A program made the translations under genes and the position numbers. From contig CAOKQM010000006.1 in NCBI GenBank assembly GCA_948470875.1, positions 1-47,611 of the forward strand: a stretch of DNA of 47,611 bases, given 5' to 3'. This document shows positions 34,716 to 44,506 of this stretch, in pieces. Origin of the DNA: an uncultured Clostridium sp. Its GTDB lineage: Bacteria; Bacillota; Clostridia; TANB77; CAG-508. The notes below the pieces were generated by a model. It did no database searches and was not told the origin of the DNA. It was given only the letters and a program-made list of their open reading frames with translations. How positions within the stretch are numbered: position 1 is the stretch's first letter; every line of letters begins with the position of its first letter.

Positions 34716-35201
34716 CTATTTTTCCAACACAGCATTCAAGATTTTATCCTCAAATGCATCATGCTGGCGACGCTCTTTGATGCCTTCTTTCAGTTGCTCC
34801 ATCTGTATTTCCTTTTTTCGGTTCAACTTGATACCATTTTTTAAAGAACAGTATAACCAAGAAAAACAAAATACAAATGCAAACTGCAAAATAAAAGAGA
34901 ACACCATTGCCCAAACTTGGAAAAAGTCATTCGTAGTGGCAAGCCACTGAACAACAACATCTTCTGAATGAATGAATTGTTGTCTTTCTTTTTCCAAATC
35001 TTGGATTAGACGAGTATGCTTATCTGTTTTTACAGATGTAGCGTTATACTCATCCATTAGCTTGGAAATATTCCAAAGCTGAAAACCGGCTCCCAGAACT
35101 TTGATTGCCAGTTTCTCTGTCAGGAAAGTTCCAAACAGAATCATTATAATGGTCAGCAAGCCGACCAAGCTCCGGGTTACTTTCGCACTGAAATTTTTCA
35201 T
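34716..35201 (-). CDS. Hypothetical membrane protein (in-frame CGG at codon 10)
   Basis: 161 aa, two hydrophobic segments, GGGAGG RBS, hairpin terminator near 34680-34706. Confidence 0.6.
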   Translation of the reverse strand: MKNFSAKVTRSLVGLLTIIMILFGTFLTEKLAIKVLGAGFQLWNISKLMDEYNATSVKTDKHTRLIQDLEKERQQFIHSEDVVVQWLATTNDFFQVWAMVFSFILQFAFVFCFSWLYCSLKNGIKLNRKKEIQMEQLKEGIKERRQHDAFEDKILNAVLEK

Positions 35202-35351
35202 AACAATGCCTCCCTTCTAAGTTTTTTATTAATTTAATTATACCACAAAAAACACAACCACGTCTAGTAGAATTTATCAAAAAATAGAAGCTATAAAAAC
35301 TTTATCTATTTTGCAAGAAGATATCGTTTTTTTGTAGCCTCTATCTTTTTT

Positions 35352-36582
35352 CTACATATTTTTTATTCTCTCAATTGCTTCTTTGGTATTTTCCTTTGTT
35401 CCAAAAGCAGTTAAGCGAAAATAGCCTTCTCCGCTTGGTCCAAACCCAACGCCTGGTGTTCCAACAACATTTGCTTCCTTTAGCAATTGATCAAAAAATT
35501 CCCAAGAAGTCATTCCAGTTGGCACTTTTAACCAAACATAAGGACTATTTACTCCACCAAATACTGTGTAACCTGCTTCGGCTAAACCTTGTTTAATTAT
35601 TTTGGCATTCTCCTTATAATAAGCAATGTTTTCTCGAATTTGCTTTTGCCCTTCTTCTGAATAAACCGCCTCTGCTGCACGTTGTACTGGATAAGAAACA
35701 CCATTAAATTTTGTTCCATGACGCCTATTCCATAAATGATGAATCGAAATTTCTTCACCTAATTTAGTATAACCTTTTAAACTCTTTGGAACAACTGTAT
35801 AAGCACACCTAATTCCTGTAAATCCTGCTGTTTTTGAAAAGCTTCGGAACTCAATAGCAACTTCTTTGGCTCCTTCAATTTCATAAATAGAATGTGGCAC
35901 ATCTTCTTCTGAAATAAAGGCTTCATATGCACTATCAAATAAAATCAAAGCTTTATTTTGTTTGGCATAATCTACCCATTTTTTTAACATTGTTTTTGTC
36001 AAAGTTGTACCAGTTGGGTTATTGGGAAAACACAAATAAATGATATCTGGCACTTTTTCTGGAAATGTAGGAATAAACTCATTTTTTTCAGTTACTGGCA
36101 TATACACAATATTTTCATACATGCCTTTTTCTTGGTTATATTTACCAGCCCTTCCAGCCATGACATTGGTATCTAAGTAAACTGGATAAACAGGGTCTGT
36201 AATAGCAACTACATTATCTGTACCAAAAATATCGACAATATTGCCGCGAATCGCATTTGGCACCATCTGAAACAAATATTTCATCTGGTGAAATCTCTAC
36301 TCCACGTTTTTTATAATCAAATTCTACAATTTTTTCTCTCAAAAAATCATATCCTTGTTCTGGTCCATAACCTCTGAAAGTTTCCTTTTTTCCTTGTTCC
36401 TCTACTGCTTTTTTCATTGCCTCAATAACAGCTGGAACAATTGGTCTTGTGACATCTCCAATACCTAATTTAATCACTTTTTTTTCTGGATTTTGTGTTT
36501 GAAAATCTGCCACTTTTTTGGCGATTGTTGAAAACAAATAACTATCTTGTAGCTCTAAAAAATTCTCATTAATTTTAATCAT
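35352..36582 (-). CDS. dapL: LL-diaminopimelate aminotransferase (one +1 shift at CGGC 36243-36246; 409 aa joined)
   Basis: [24 protein letters not shown], junction [32 protein letters not shown]. Confidence 0.93.
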
Positions 36583-36655
36583 ATTTTACCTTCTTTCTAA
36601 TATGCATTCTATGGGGTAAAAAATAAATTATTATTTTTTGTGTAAAATTATTGTA

Positions 36656-36977
36656 TCATTTCCTATTTTTTTTGGCAAGAGAATTTTTTGCATAAACAAA
36701 AAGCGACTTTAAACCGTCGCCTATTTTTCCAGCCTTTAAATATTCTACTAACATGCGAGAAGAAAATCCATATAGCTCCTCATATTGCCTATACACATAG
36801 TCACATTCAGCTGGAATTTCATCTACTATTATAATACTTTCATCGTCATCTTTTCTTTTTTGGCGTGTCGTAAATTTAGGCAATATTTTACACTTTGGAT
36901 TTACTTTTGCAATAATTTTCATAATTTCACTTTTTCCGTGAACCCGAAGGTCCTGTTAATGTGATTAAATTTGGCAT
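36656..36977 (-). CDS. Guanylate-kinase-like P-loop protein, short and probably truncated (one +1 shift at CGGA 36935-36938; 106 aa joined)
   Basis: AGGAG RBS, ATG 36977, MPNLITLTGPSGS-(C)GGA-KSEIMK gives Walker A GPSGSGKS; PKFTTRQKR and YGF motifs. Confidence 0.7.
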
Positions 36978-37096
36978 TTTTTTCTCCTAACGATTAAATT
37001 ATATCATATTTTACGTAAAAAAGCAAATTTTCTTGTTTTTTATCTTTTATATTTTACATAATTCTATTGAAGTTGTGTTTGTAGTCAAATATTTAT

Positions 37097-37127
37097 AAAA
37101 AAATAGAACCTGTAAAGCAGGTTCTAT
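37097..37127 (-). terminator. Intrinsic terminator / hairpin after the DGR-target-like gene
   Basis: atagaacctg (37103-37112) / caggttctat (37118-37127) followed by T-run on the minus strand. Confidence 0.75.
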
Positions 37128-37158
37128 CTCGTTTCTGAAAATTCAGTGGCCAGTGCTA

Positions 37159-37952
37159 CTAATCAAGCGCAAGCTGGCCAAGACCGTAACAGTTACCACT
37201 ACCTACAAAGATGCAGCGAATTAGTTCAGCAAGTGGATTGATGAGACTATCGTCATCGAAGTAACCACCAGCAACCCAAAAGCCACCAGTTTCCTCCCAC
37301 GGATCTTTGGCAAGTATTTTAGCCACATTGGCCAAGTCATAAAATCCGCAAACTTCTCTGCAACCTGTTGGTTCAAAGTCTCTTTTAGGATTATCTGAAT
37401 TATAATAATGTCCAAGCCTTCCCGAACTATCACATACTGCATCCCACGCATCTTCAACCGTAACCTTTCTCCATTCCACAAGGCGCCTAATCAGTTCCAG
37501 ATTTTTGCATGCTCCTTCTGTTTTTGCCAACACCCTGCTATTTCGCTCTGGTGCGTAGTCATTAAATGTACCTTCCCACCAATTATAGGATTTTCCTACC
37601 GCAGGCAGTAATCCCGGCTGATACACCACTTCTCCTGTAACTGGATCAAAGGATGGATCAATCGCCATGCAAGTAAAAGCATGCAACCTGCCTTTTACTC
37701 TGGCATCCAAAAACAGCTCCTTTGTTTCTGTCTGTCCGTTCTTGGCTCATATTTTAGCCAATCCGCATCCAGCTGAAACAAAAGCGGATCAATATGCCGT
37801 TCGAACTCGCTTCGTGGAAGCATGATTTTCTTCTCTGGCACTATTAGTGGCTCCACCGCGCTTTCCACTAGGATTTTAGCCTCACCATTAGGCATAATTC
37901 CTACTTCAATCCGTCTTCCAGAAACATTGATTTCCATCTGTGTTGTATTCAT
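37159..37952 (-). pseudogene. C-type-lectin (FGE-sulfatase)-like protein with DGR-variable-region-like C-terminus, split by a -1 type frameshift near 37720-37735
   Basis: ORFs 37695-37952 and 37159-37710 join as ...RTDRQ / ETKELFLDARVKG...; GFYDLAN and GGFWVAGG motifs; visibly more GC-rich than flanks. Confidence 0.55.
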
Positions 37953-38152
37953 ATATTCGTCCTCCTTTTAAATGAAATTTTTTTGGAAATCTATTCAAAT
38001 TTTAGAATATATTTTTAATTATAACATAATTCACATAAAGTGTCAAATGAGTGTTTTGCTGATTTTTCATTTTATTTGTTATGTTTTGCTTTACAAATTA
38101 TCATGATTTGTTATATAATCAATTTACTTTAAAAGGAAAGGACGTGTTGTTT

Positions 38153-39656
38153 ATGAAATTAAGTAAACTTATTCGTTCAGTTACCGTAAAAAACTCAATC
38201 GGTAATTTGGATTTAGAAATAACCAACATTCACTCTGATTCAAGGAAAATAAAAGAAGGCGGGCTTTTCATAGCTATTAATGGATTTTCGAAAAATGGAA
38301 TTGAATTTATTCCAGCTGCTATTGAAAATGGTGCAAAAGCTATTATTGTTGAACCAGATGTGGATCTTTATTCTCTTTCGATAAGCCAAGAGATTCCAGT
38401 CATTTCAGTAGAAAACACAAGAAAAGCATTGGCACAAATTGCATGCGAGTTTTATGACTATCCATCTCGTAAACTAAAATTAATTGGTGTTACTGGAACG
38501 AAAGGAAAAACCACTACCACTTTTATGATAAAATCCATTTTAGAAACACATGGTTTAAATGTAGGATTAATTGGAAGTATCGCCGTTTATATTAATGGCA
38601 AAAAAATCGAAGATACTGATAGAACGACACCAGAAAGCATTGAAATTCAAAAATACTTAAGTCAGATGGCCCAGCAAAAAACCGATGTCGCAATTATTGA
38701 AGTTTCTTCTCAAGCTACCAAAATGGAACGTGTAACTGGCTGTGACTTTGATATTGGCGTTTTTACCAATTTAAGTGAAGACCATATCAGCCCAAAAGAG
38801 CATCCTAATATGGAAGATTATTTTGATTGCAAATTGGAGCTTCTAAAAAATGCAAAATGTGGTGTTATCAATAACGATGATGAAAAAGTCAAGACGATTA
38901 AAGAATTGTTGCCAAACAAAACCATCAAAACTTTCGGTATTGAACATACATCTGACATTCAAGCTGATTCCAAAAATGTTGTTATAACAGATTCTTCCAT
39001 TGATTTTACGATTCATTATCAAAATAAGCCAGAAAAAATCGAAGCTGCAATTCCTGGAAAATTTAGCGTATATAACGCATTAGGTGCCATTACTGCTTGC
39101 TCTTATTTTGATGTAACAGCAGAAGAAATTCGAGCTAGTTTAAAAAATTTACGTGTTCTTGGCAGAAGTGAGCTTGTTCCAAATAAATTAGGGCTTACCA
39201 TTATGATTGATTATGCGCATACTCCATCTAGTTTGGAAAGCATTTTAACGGCTGTAAACTCGTATGCAAAAGGAAACGTTATCTGCGCTTGGGGCGTAGG
39301 CGGAGATCGTGATAGCAAAAAAAGACCAATTATGGGCGAAATTTCTGGGCGTTTGGCTGATTTTACGGTTTTAATGTCTGACCAAGTTCGTACAGAAGAT
39401 CCTTTAAAAATCTTAAAAGAAATTGAAGTTCGGCATTATTCCAACAGGAAAACCTTACAAAATTGTAGTTGATAGAACAGAAGGCATTCGTTATGCCATT
39501 TCCATTGCAAAACCTGGTGATATGATTGTTATTCCTGGACTTGGACATGATTTGTATTTAGAAAAAAACGGTGTAAAATATCCTTATGATGAACGTAAAG
39601 TAATCGCTAAACTAATCGATGAAATGATTGAATCTGGTGAAAAAACAGCAATCTAG
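38153..39656 (+). CDS. murE: UDP-MurNAc-tripeptide synthetase MurE (one +1 shift at CGGC 39431-39434; 500 aa joined)
   Basis: GVTGTKGKTTT, TTPES, EVSSQ, FTNLSEDH, DYAHTP, GGDRD..KRPIMG; junction EIEV-G-IIPTG continues to DRTEGIRYAI..AKPGD. Confidence 0.92.
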
Positions 39657-39664
39657 CAAAACTG

Positions 39665-39704
39665 AAATAAACCATTCTTAGCATTAAATAAGAATGGTTT
39701 ATTT
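39665..39704. terminator. Intrinsic terminator after murE
   Basis: Perfect 16-bp inverted repeat aaataaaccattctta / taagaatggtttattt. Confidence 0.7.
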
Positions 39705-39768
39705 TATGTAAAAATATCACTAAATAACAAAACCCCAAAATATCAATTTTAGGGTTTTTGCTCATTTT

Positions 39769-40569
39769 TTATTTTATATCTTTGTTTAATTTTTCAATTT
39801 TAACATAAAATGCAATTGCAATTCCAATTACCACAAAAGTTAAGGCCAAAATTGTATCATTCACACCTGTGTAAGGCATATCTTGTTCTACCGTTGTATT
39901 GGTGTAATTTGTAACATTGTTAACTGCATTATTAGAAGATTTGTTTACAACCGCATTATTGCTTACATTGGTATTATTAACAGAATTATTTTTCACAGTA
40001 TTATTTCTTACAGTATTGTTTGATACAATACTAATTATATTATTAGTATTTGATACATTTCCTGTATTGTCTGTATTTCCTGAACTACCTGCACTTCCAA
40101 CTGTAATAGAAGTTGAAATATCGGTTGCTTTGATTTCGCTTTCACTATTAGAAGCACTAATATTAGCATATGAAATTGTTCCACTTTCTCCTGAAACATC
40201 TGATTTTGTCTTAAATGTGATTTGGAATACTTCTTCTGCTGATTTTACAAAATCGGTTTTCGTAAGTTCAATTTTTCCTGTTGTTTCATCAAATTTAACT
40301 GCCCAATTATTTAAACCTTCAATACTTGATTTACTAATAGTTTCAAAAATATCAGAATCGTATTTTAAATAACCACTCAAAGAATTGATTCCATTTGTTC
40401 CAACATCTAAATTTGACACATTTACAGTAATGGTGAATTCTGTTGATTCAGCAACAGTTGTATTACTTGCTTTCATAGTAGCCGTAAAACTCAAAGCACT
40501 AACTGTAACTGTCAACAACCATATTACCAATGCGATGACTAATCCTATATTTAAAACTTTACTTTTCAT
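39769..40569 (-). CDS. Secreted cohesin-like domain protein with Asn-rich linker and sortase-like anchor
   Basis: Signal peptide; beta-rich domain (FTITVNVSN...LSGYLKYDSDIFE); NNTVRNNTVKNNSVNN linker; MPYTG followed by TM and basic tail. Confidence 0.7.
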   Translation of the reverse strand: MKSKVLNIGLVIALVIWLLTVTVSALSFTATMKASNTTVAESTEFTITVNVSNLDVGTNGINSLSGYLKYDSDIFETISKSSIEGLNNWAVKFDETTGKIELTKTDFVKSAEEVFQITFKTKSDVSGESGTISYANISASNSESEIKATDISTSITVGSAGSSGNTDNTGNVSNTNNIISIVSNNTVRNNTVKNNSVNNTNVSNNAVVNKSSNNAVNNVTNYTNTTVEQDMPYTGVNDTILALTFVVIGIAIAFYVKIEKLNKDIK

Positions 40570-40649
40570 TTGCTTCTCTCCTTTTTCAACATAAATCGAT
40601 ATCATATATAGTATAACTTTTTCTAACCAAAAAATCAAGCATTTCTATA

Positions 40650-40696
40650 TTAAATTTGTATTACATTCTTGTTACAAAAATGTAATACAAATTTAA
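40650..40696. promoter_or_regulatory. 47-bp near-perfect palindrome containing two opposed WalR-like boxes
   Basis: 18-bp arms 40650-40667 / 40679-40696; TGTTAC-N5-TGTAAT (+, 40670-40686) and TGTAAC-N5-TGTAAT (-, 40660-40676). Confidence 0.55.
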
Positions 40697-40763
40697 CCTA
40701 TTTTTAATTTATTTTTCGCCTTTTTGGTGTATAATGTATATATATTGTACAAAGGAGTAATTT

Positions 40764-41876
40764 ATGAATATCCCCGCAATTTTGAAAAAAGAAGGAATTG
40801 AAATTAAGTCAAAACTAAAAACAGAACAAGTCAAACAAATCGCAAGTATCATTTCTGAAAAAATGTGTGAAACTTTTCCTGAACATAATTTGCAAAAACA
40901 AAATCTGTTTTCTAGTTTGACCAATCTTGATATGTATGTTGCAAAAATGCCACTTGATTCAGGTGCTAAATATTTTTCGCAAAATCATGCAATTTATTTT
41001 AATAGCACTATTAATTTTAAACAATTAGATACCTTAGTTTTTCATGAATGCCTTCACGCAATTCAAGAAATCAAAAATGAAAATGGGAAACTATTACGCC
41101 TTGGTTTATATCACATTCCTTCCAATAAAGGACAAGGCATCAATGAAGCTTCTGTACAATTTATGGCTTCTAAAGCCACACACACCAAAAATGATAGTGT
41201 GAAATATTACAACATGGATTTCCATACAGAAAGTCCACTTTATTACCCAATAGAAACAGCCTTGATTAAACAATTGATTTATTTTACAGGTTCCTATCCT
41301 CTATTTCACAGTACTTTATATAGTAATGATATTTTTAAGAATACACTTATTGCTAAATGTGGCAAAAAATTTTATCACACACTTGAATACAATTTTGATT
41401 TACTGATTTATTATGAACAACTTTTAGCAGATTTTTCTTCTTCTTTGTCAAATTGCTGCGAAAATTCAAACAAGCAAAAAAAGTTGAATCATAAAATTGA
41501 AACTGTAAAATCTTTATTATTAGAAATTACTTTATCAACTCAAAATTTAATTATTGAAAATTGCTTTCAAGCAGAATTTAACTTAGTAAAAGACCAACTT
41601 TCTTTGAATCAGTTTCAAAAAAAATTATACGATTTTCATGAACTTTTGATTACAACTCCTTGTTATCAATTTTATAATTCTTTTTATTGTGAAATGATGA
41701 ATCAGTTAGAAGAAAAACGTGAATTTATTAAAACATATGGAGATTTGAATTATTTTAATAATATGCAAAAGGATTTATTGGATTTGCAAAAAGTACAATT
41801 TGGATTTCAATTTTTCCGCAAGTTATTCGACAAGTTAAAACTACTACTAGAAGAAGCGATTCGCCAAAAAGATTAA
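40764..41876 (+). CDS. Hypothetical protein with zinc-metallopeptidase (gluzincin-like) motif
   Basis: FHECLHAIQ (HExxH) plus downstream GINEASVQ; AAGGAG RBS. Confidence 0.6.
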   Translation: MNIPAILKKEGIEIKSKLKTEQVKQIASIISEKMCETFPEHNLQKQNLFSSLTNLDMYVAKMPLDSGAKYFSQNHAIYFNSTINFKQLDTLVFHECLHAIQEIKNENGKLLRLGLYHIPSNKGQGINEASVQFMASKATHTKNDSVKYYNMDFHTESPLYYPIETALIKQLIYFTGSYPLFHSTLYSNDIFKNTLIAKCGKKFYHTLEYNFDLLIYYEQLLADFSSSLSNCCENSNKQKKLNHKIETVKSLLLEITLSTQNLIIENCFQAEFNLVKDQLSLNQFQKKLYDFHELLITTPCYQFYNSFYCEMMNQLEEKREFIKTYGDLNYFNNMQKDLLDLQKVQFGFQFFRKLFDKLKLLLEEAIRQKD

Positions 41877-41905
41877 GCAGGCATTTTAAAATTGCCTGCT
41901 TTTTT
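41875..41905. terminator. Terminator between convergent genes
   Basis: aagcaggca...tgcctgctt stem followed by T-run. Confidence 0.7.
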
Positions 41906-43871
41906 TCACTCTAAAGTTCCTTTTAATAAATTTTGTGTCAAAATAGACATCGAAATTCCCAATTCTTGATTCATATATTGAATCTTATTTTCTAAATCTT
42001 TTCGCAAGCCTTCTTCCATTTGCTCAAAATCCAGTTTATTTCCCGTTTCTAGCTCATACCAATCTTCTGCATCGTAATAATATTGCTCAGTTACCATTTT
42101 TCCATTATTAATACAAACATATGGCTTTTCCACAAAAATGCTTGTCCCCAACGAAAATTCATCTTGAATGCCTGAAATTTGCAAAAGTGTTGGTTTGATA
42201 TCCACTTTACTGACTGGATAATCGATTGTTTGACTTGCTACACCTGGAATTTTCATTCCACAAACAACATTTGAAAATTCAAATTGCATCCTAACTGCAT
42301 TATAATTTTGGGCATCTTCTTCTAAAAATTCAATCAAATTTTCATCATACATGTTCATGCCATAATGGTCTCCATAAACCAAAATAACACTATCATCATA
42401 AAGATTTCTTTGTTTTAATTCCTCCAAAAATATACTAAAAGCATAATCTGCATAATTCATAGATTCTAAATAATTTCCCAATTCTGTTCCAGCATATTTT
42501 CCAACATCAATTGAAACTTTTGCTTCCTTATTTTGAATTCCTTGTAAGTCAAACGGTTTATGAGAAGAAGCAGCAACTAAATCCACAAAAATTGGTGAAT
42601 CAGTGTTCGGAATTTTATCAAAAATTTGTCGATATAACAATTCATCTGACAAATACGTGCGGATTCGTTCCGAAGTATCTTCAAAATTATCGATAAAATA
42701 AATTTGGTCAACATCGTATTTTGAAAAAACATTTCTTCGATTCCAAAATGTATCAAAATTACCATGTGCATAAATGCTGGTATAACCTGCTTTTTTATAA
42801 TTCCTAAAAATATCATCATAAGTATTTGAATAATATTTGCTAAAAGCTTCCCCATTTTCACTTGGATAAATGGAACTTATAAAACTATGCTCTGAATCTG
42901 CTGTTGTCGTATAACTTGAAGCATGCATATTTGAAATATGTATATTTTCTTGCAAAAATTGATTTAAGTTCGGAGTAATTGGCTTTCCATTAATTTGTCG
43001 ATTAATGACAAATTCTTGCACAGATTCTAACTGAAGCACAATCACATTTTTCCCTTTTGCAATTCCTTGATACTCTTCTGTTTTACTCTTCTTTTGTGCA
43101 TATTCTTGTTTTTCCTCTTTCAAATCCAAATAAGCTTCCATCATTTTATCATAATTTTCATAAGGTGCATTTTTATGATTAGTCACTGCATTTTTTATAT
43201 CAATTATATGATAACCATAAATTGTTCCATATCTGACTGAATTATATTTGCTATAAATGAATCCAGTTACCAATTCTAGCGATTCTGGAATCAAATGATA
43301 TGACGTACAAAAAAATACAATACTTGTCAAAACAACTAAAACTGGAGCTAACTTAAAACCATCTCTCCTTTTTAATTTGACAAATTTCCCCATAAACACA
43401 ATTGCCATTATGATAAAATCGACAAAATATAAAATTTGATTTTTATTTAATAAGCTTGGAATGGCTGCTAAAATTTCATCTTTGTACTGCATATTTCCGA
43501 ACTTGCATAACTGATAAAATATTCGAAGCATATGTATAATATAATTCATCTGCAAACAGCAAAACACTTATTAAAAAATTGAGTATTACTCCAAATTCAA
43601 AACGTCTTACTGATTTTTTTAATAGCAATAATGGAAATATTAAAATTACAATAAAAAAGCAAGTTTGTCGAATTGTCCATCCCCATATTTCATCATTTTT
43701 GAATACTGTATTGGCATAAAAAAATATAGTTTTTAACAAAAGAATACAACCCACAAAAAGTACATACCATCTTGAGCTTAAAATATATTCTATGACTTGT
43801 TTTACTTTGTTTTCTTTTTCTACTTTTTGCAATCCGTGTATTTTCAGTCTCTCCCACAATGACTCCTCCAT
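41906..43871 (-). CDS. LTA synthase (LtaS) / sulfatase family membrane protein (one +1 shift at CGGA 43496-43499; 654 aa joined)
   Basis: N-terminal TMs joined via SVMQV-G-NMQY; NVIVLQLES, TPNLN, TADSEH, FWNRR, SSHKPF, YGDH. Confidence 0.85.
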
Positions 43872-43975
43872 TTCATAATTATGTCAATATATTTTAACAT
43901 AATCCTACTGAATTTGCAAGACCATTTTTTTACACACTTACAAAAAAATAGAGCTATATGCTCTATCTTTTTTGA

Positions 43976-44491
43976 TTAATCTTTTTTATCTTCAACTACT
44001 TTTACTTCTTCTGAAGCTTCTGTTTTAGGTTCTTCTTGTGCAGGAGTTTCTACAACTGTATCAACAATTTCTGCTGTTTCCTCAGCTGGCACTTCTTCTA
44101 CTGGCACAACATCTTCTTTGACTATAATTTCTTTTGTCTCAATTCTTGCCCCAACTTGCTCTTTAGTTTTAGCAGCTTTACCAACTCTATCTCTTAAATA
44201 ATACAATTTGGCACGTCTTGCTTTACCAACTCTTGTTACTTCAATTTTTTCAATACGTGGTGAGTGCACTAAAAATGTTTTTTCCACACCTACACCATAA
44301 GAAATTTTTCTTACTGTAAATGTAGCATTTACGCCTCCACCTTGTTTTTTAATGATAATTCCTTCAAAAACCTGAATTCTTTCTCGGTTTCCTTCTTTTA
44401 CTCTCACATGAACTCTAACGGTATTACCTATTTTAAGTTCTGGTATTTTATTTTTCATTTGCTCATGTTCAATCGATTTTAAAATATCCAT
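43976..44491 (-). CDS. rplS: 50S ribosomal protein L19 with acidic C-terminal extension
   Basis: [32 protein letters not shown]. Confidence 0.97.
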   Translation of the reverse strand: MDILKSIEHEQMKNKIPELKIGNTVRVHVRVKEGNRERIQVFEGIIIKKQGGGVNATFTVRKISYGVGVEKTFLVHSPRIEKIEVTRVGKARRAKLYYLRDRVGKAAKTKEQVGARIETKEIIVKEDVVPVEEVPAEETAEIVDTVVETPAQEEPKTEASEEVKVVEDKKD

Positions 44492-44506
44492 TTTTTCCTC
44501 CTTTTC

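Noticed and set aside
37695-37800. Rescuing the 37159-37952 split gene with CGG +1 shifts
   Set aside because: The join needs a -1 (or +2) change. Shifting at CGG 37797-37799 and again at the next CGG runs into TGA before the downstream ORF, so this is an ordinary frameshift.
39900-40080. Short repeats as a possible CRISPR array or DGR template
   Set aside because: They are Asn-rich low-complexity linker codons inside a CDS, with no regular repeat-spacer period and no similarity to the 37159-37269 region.
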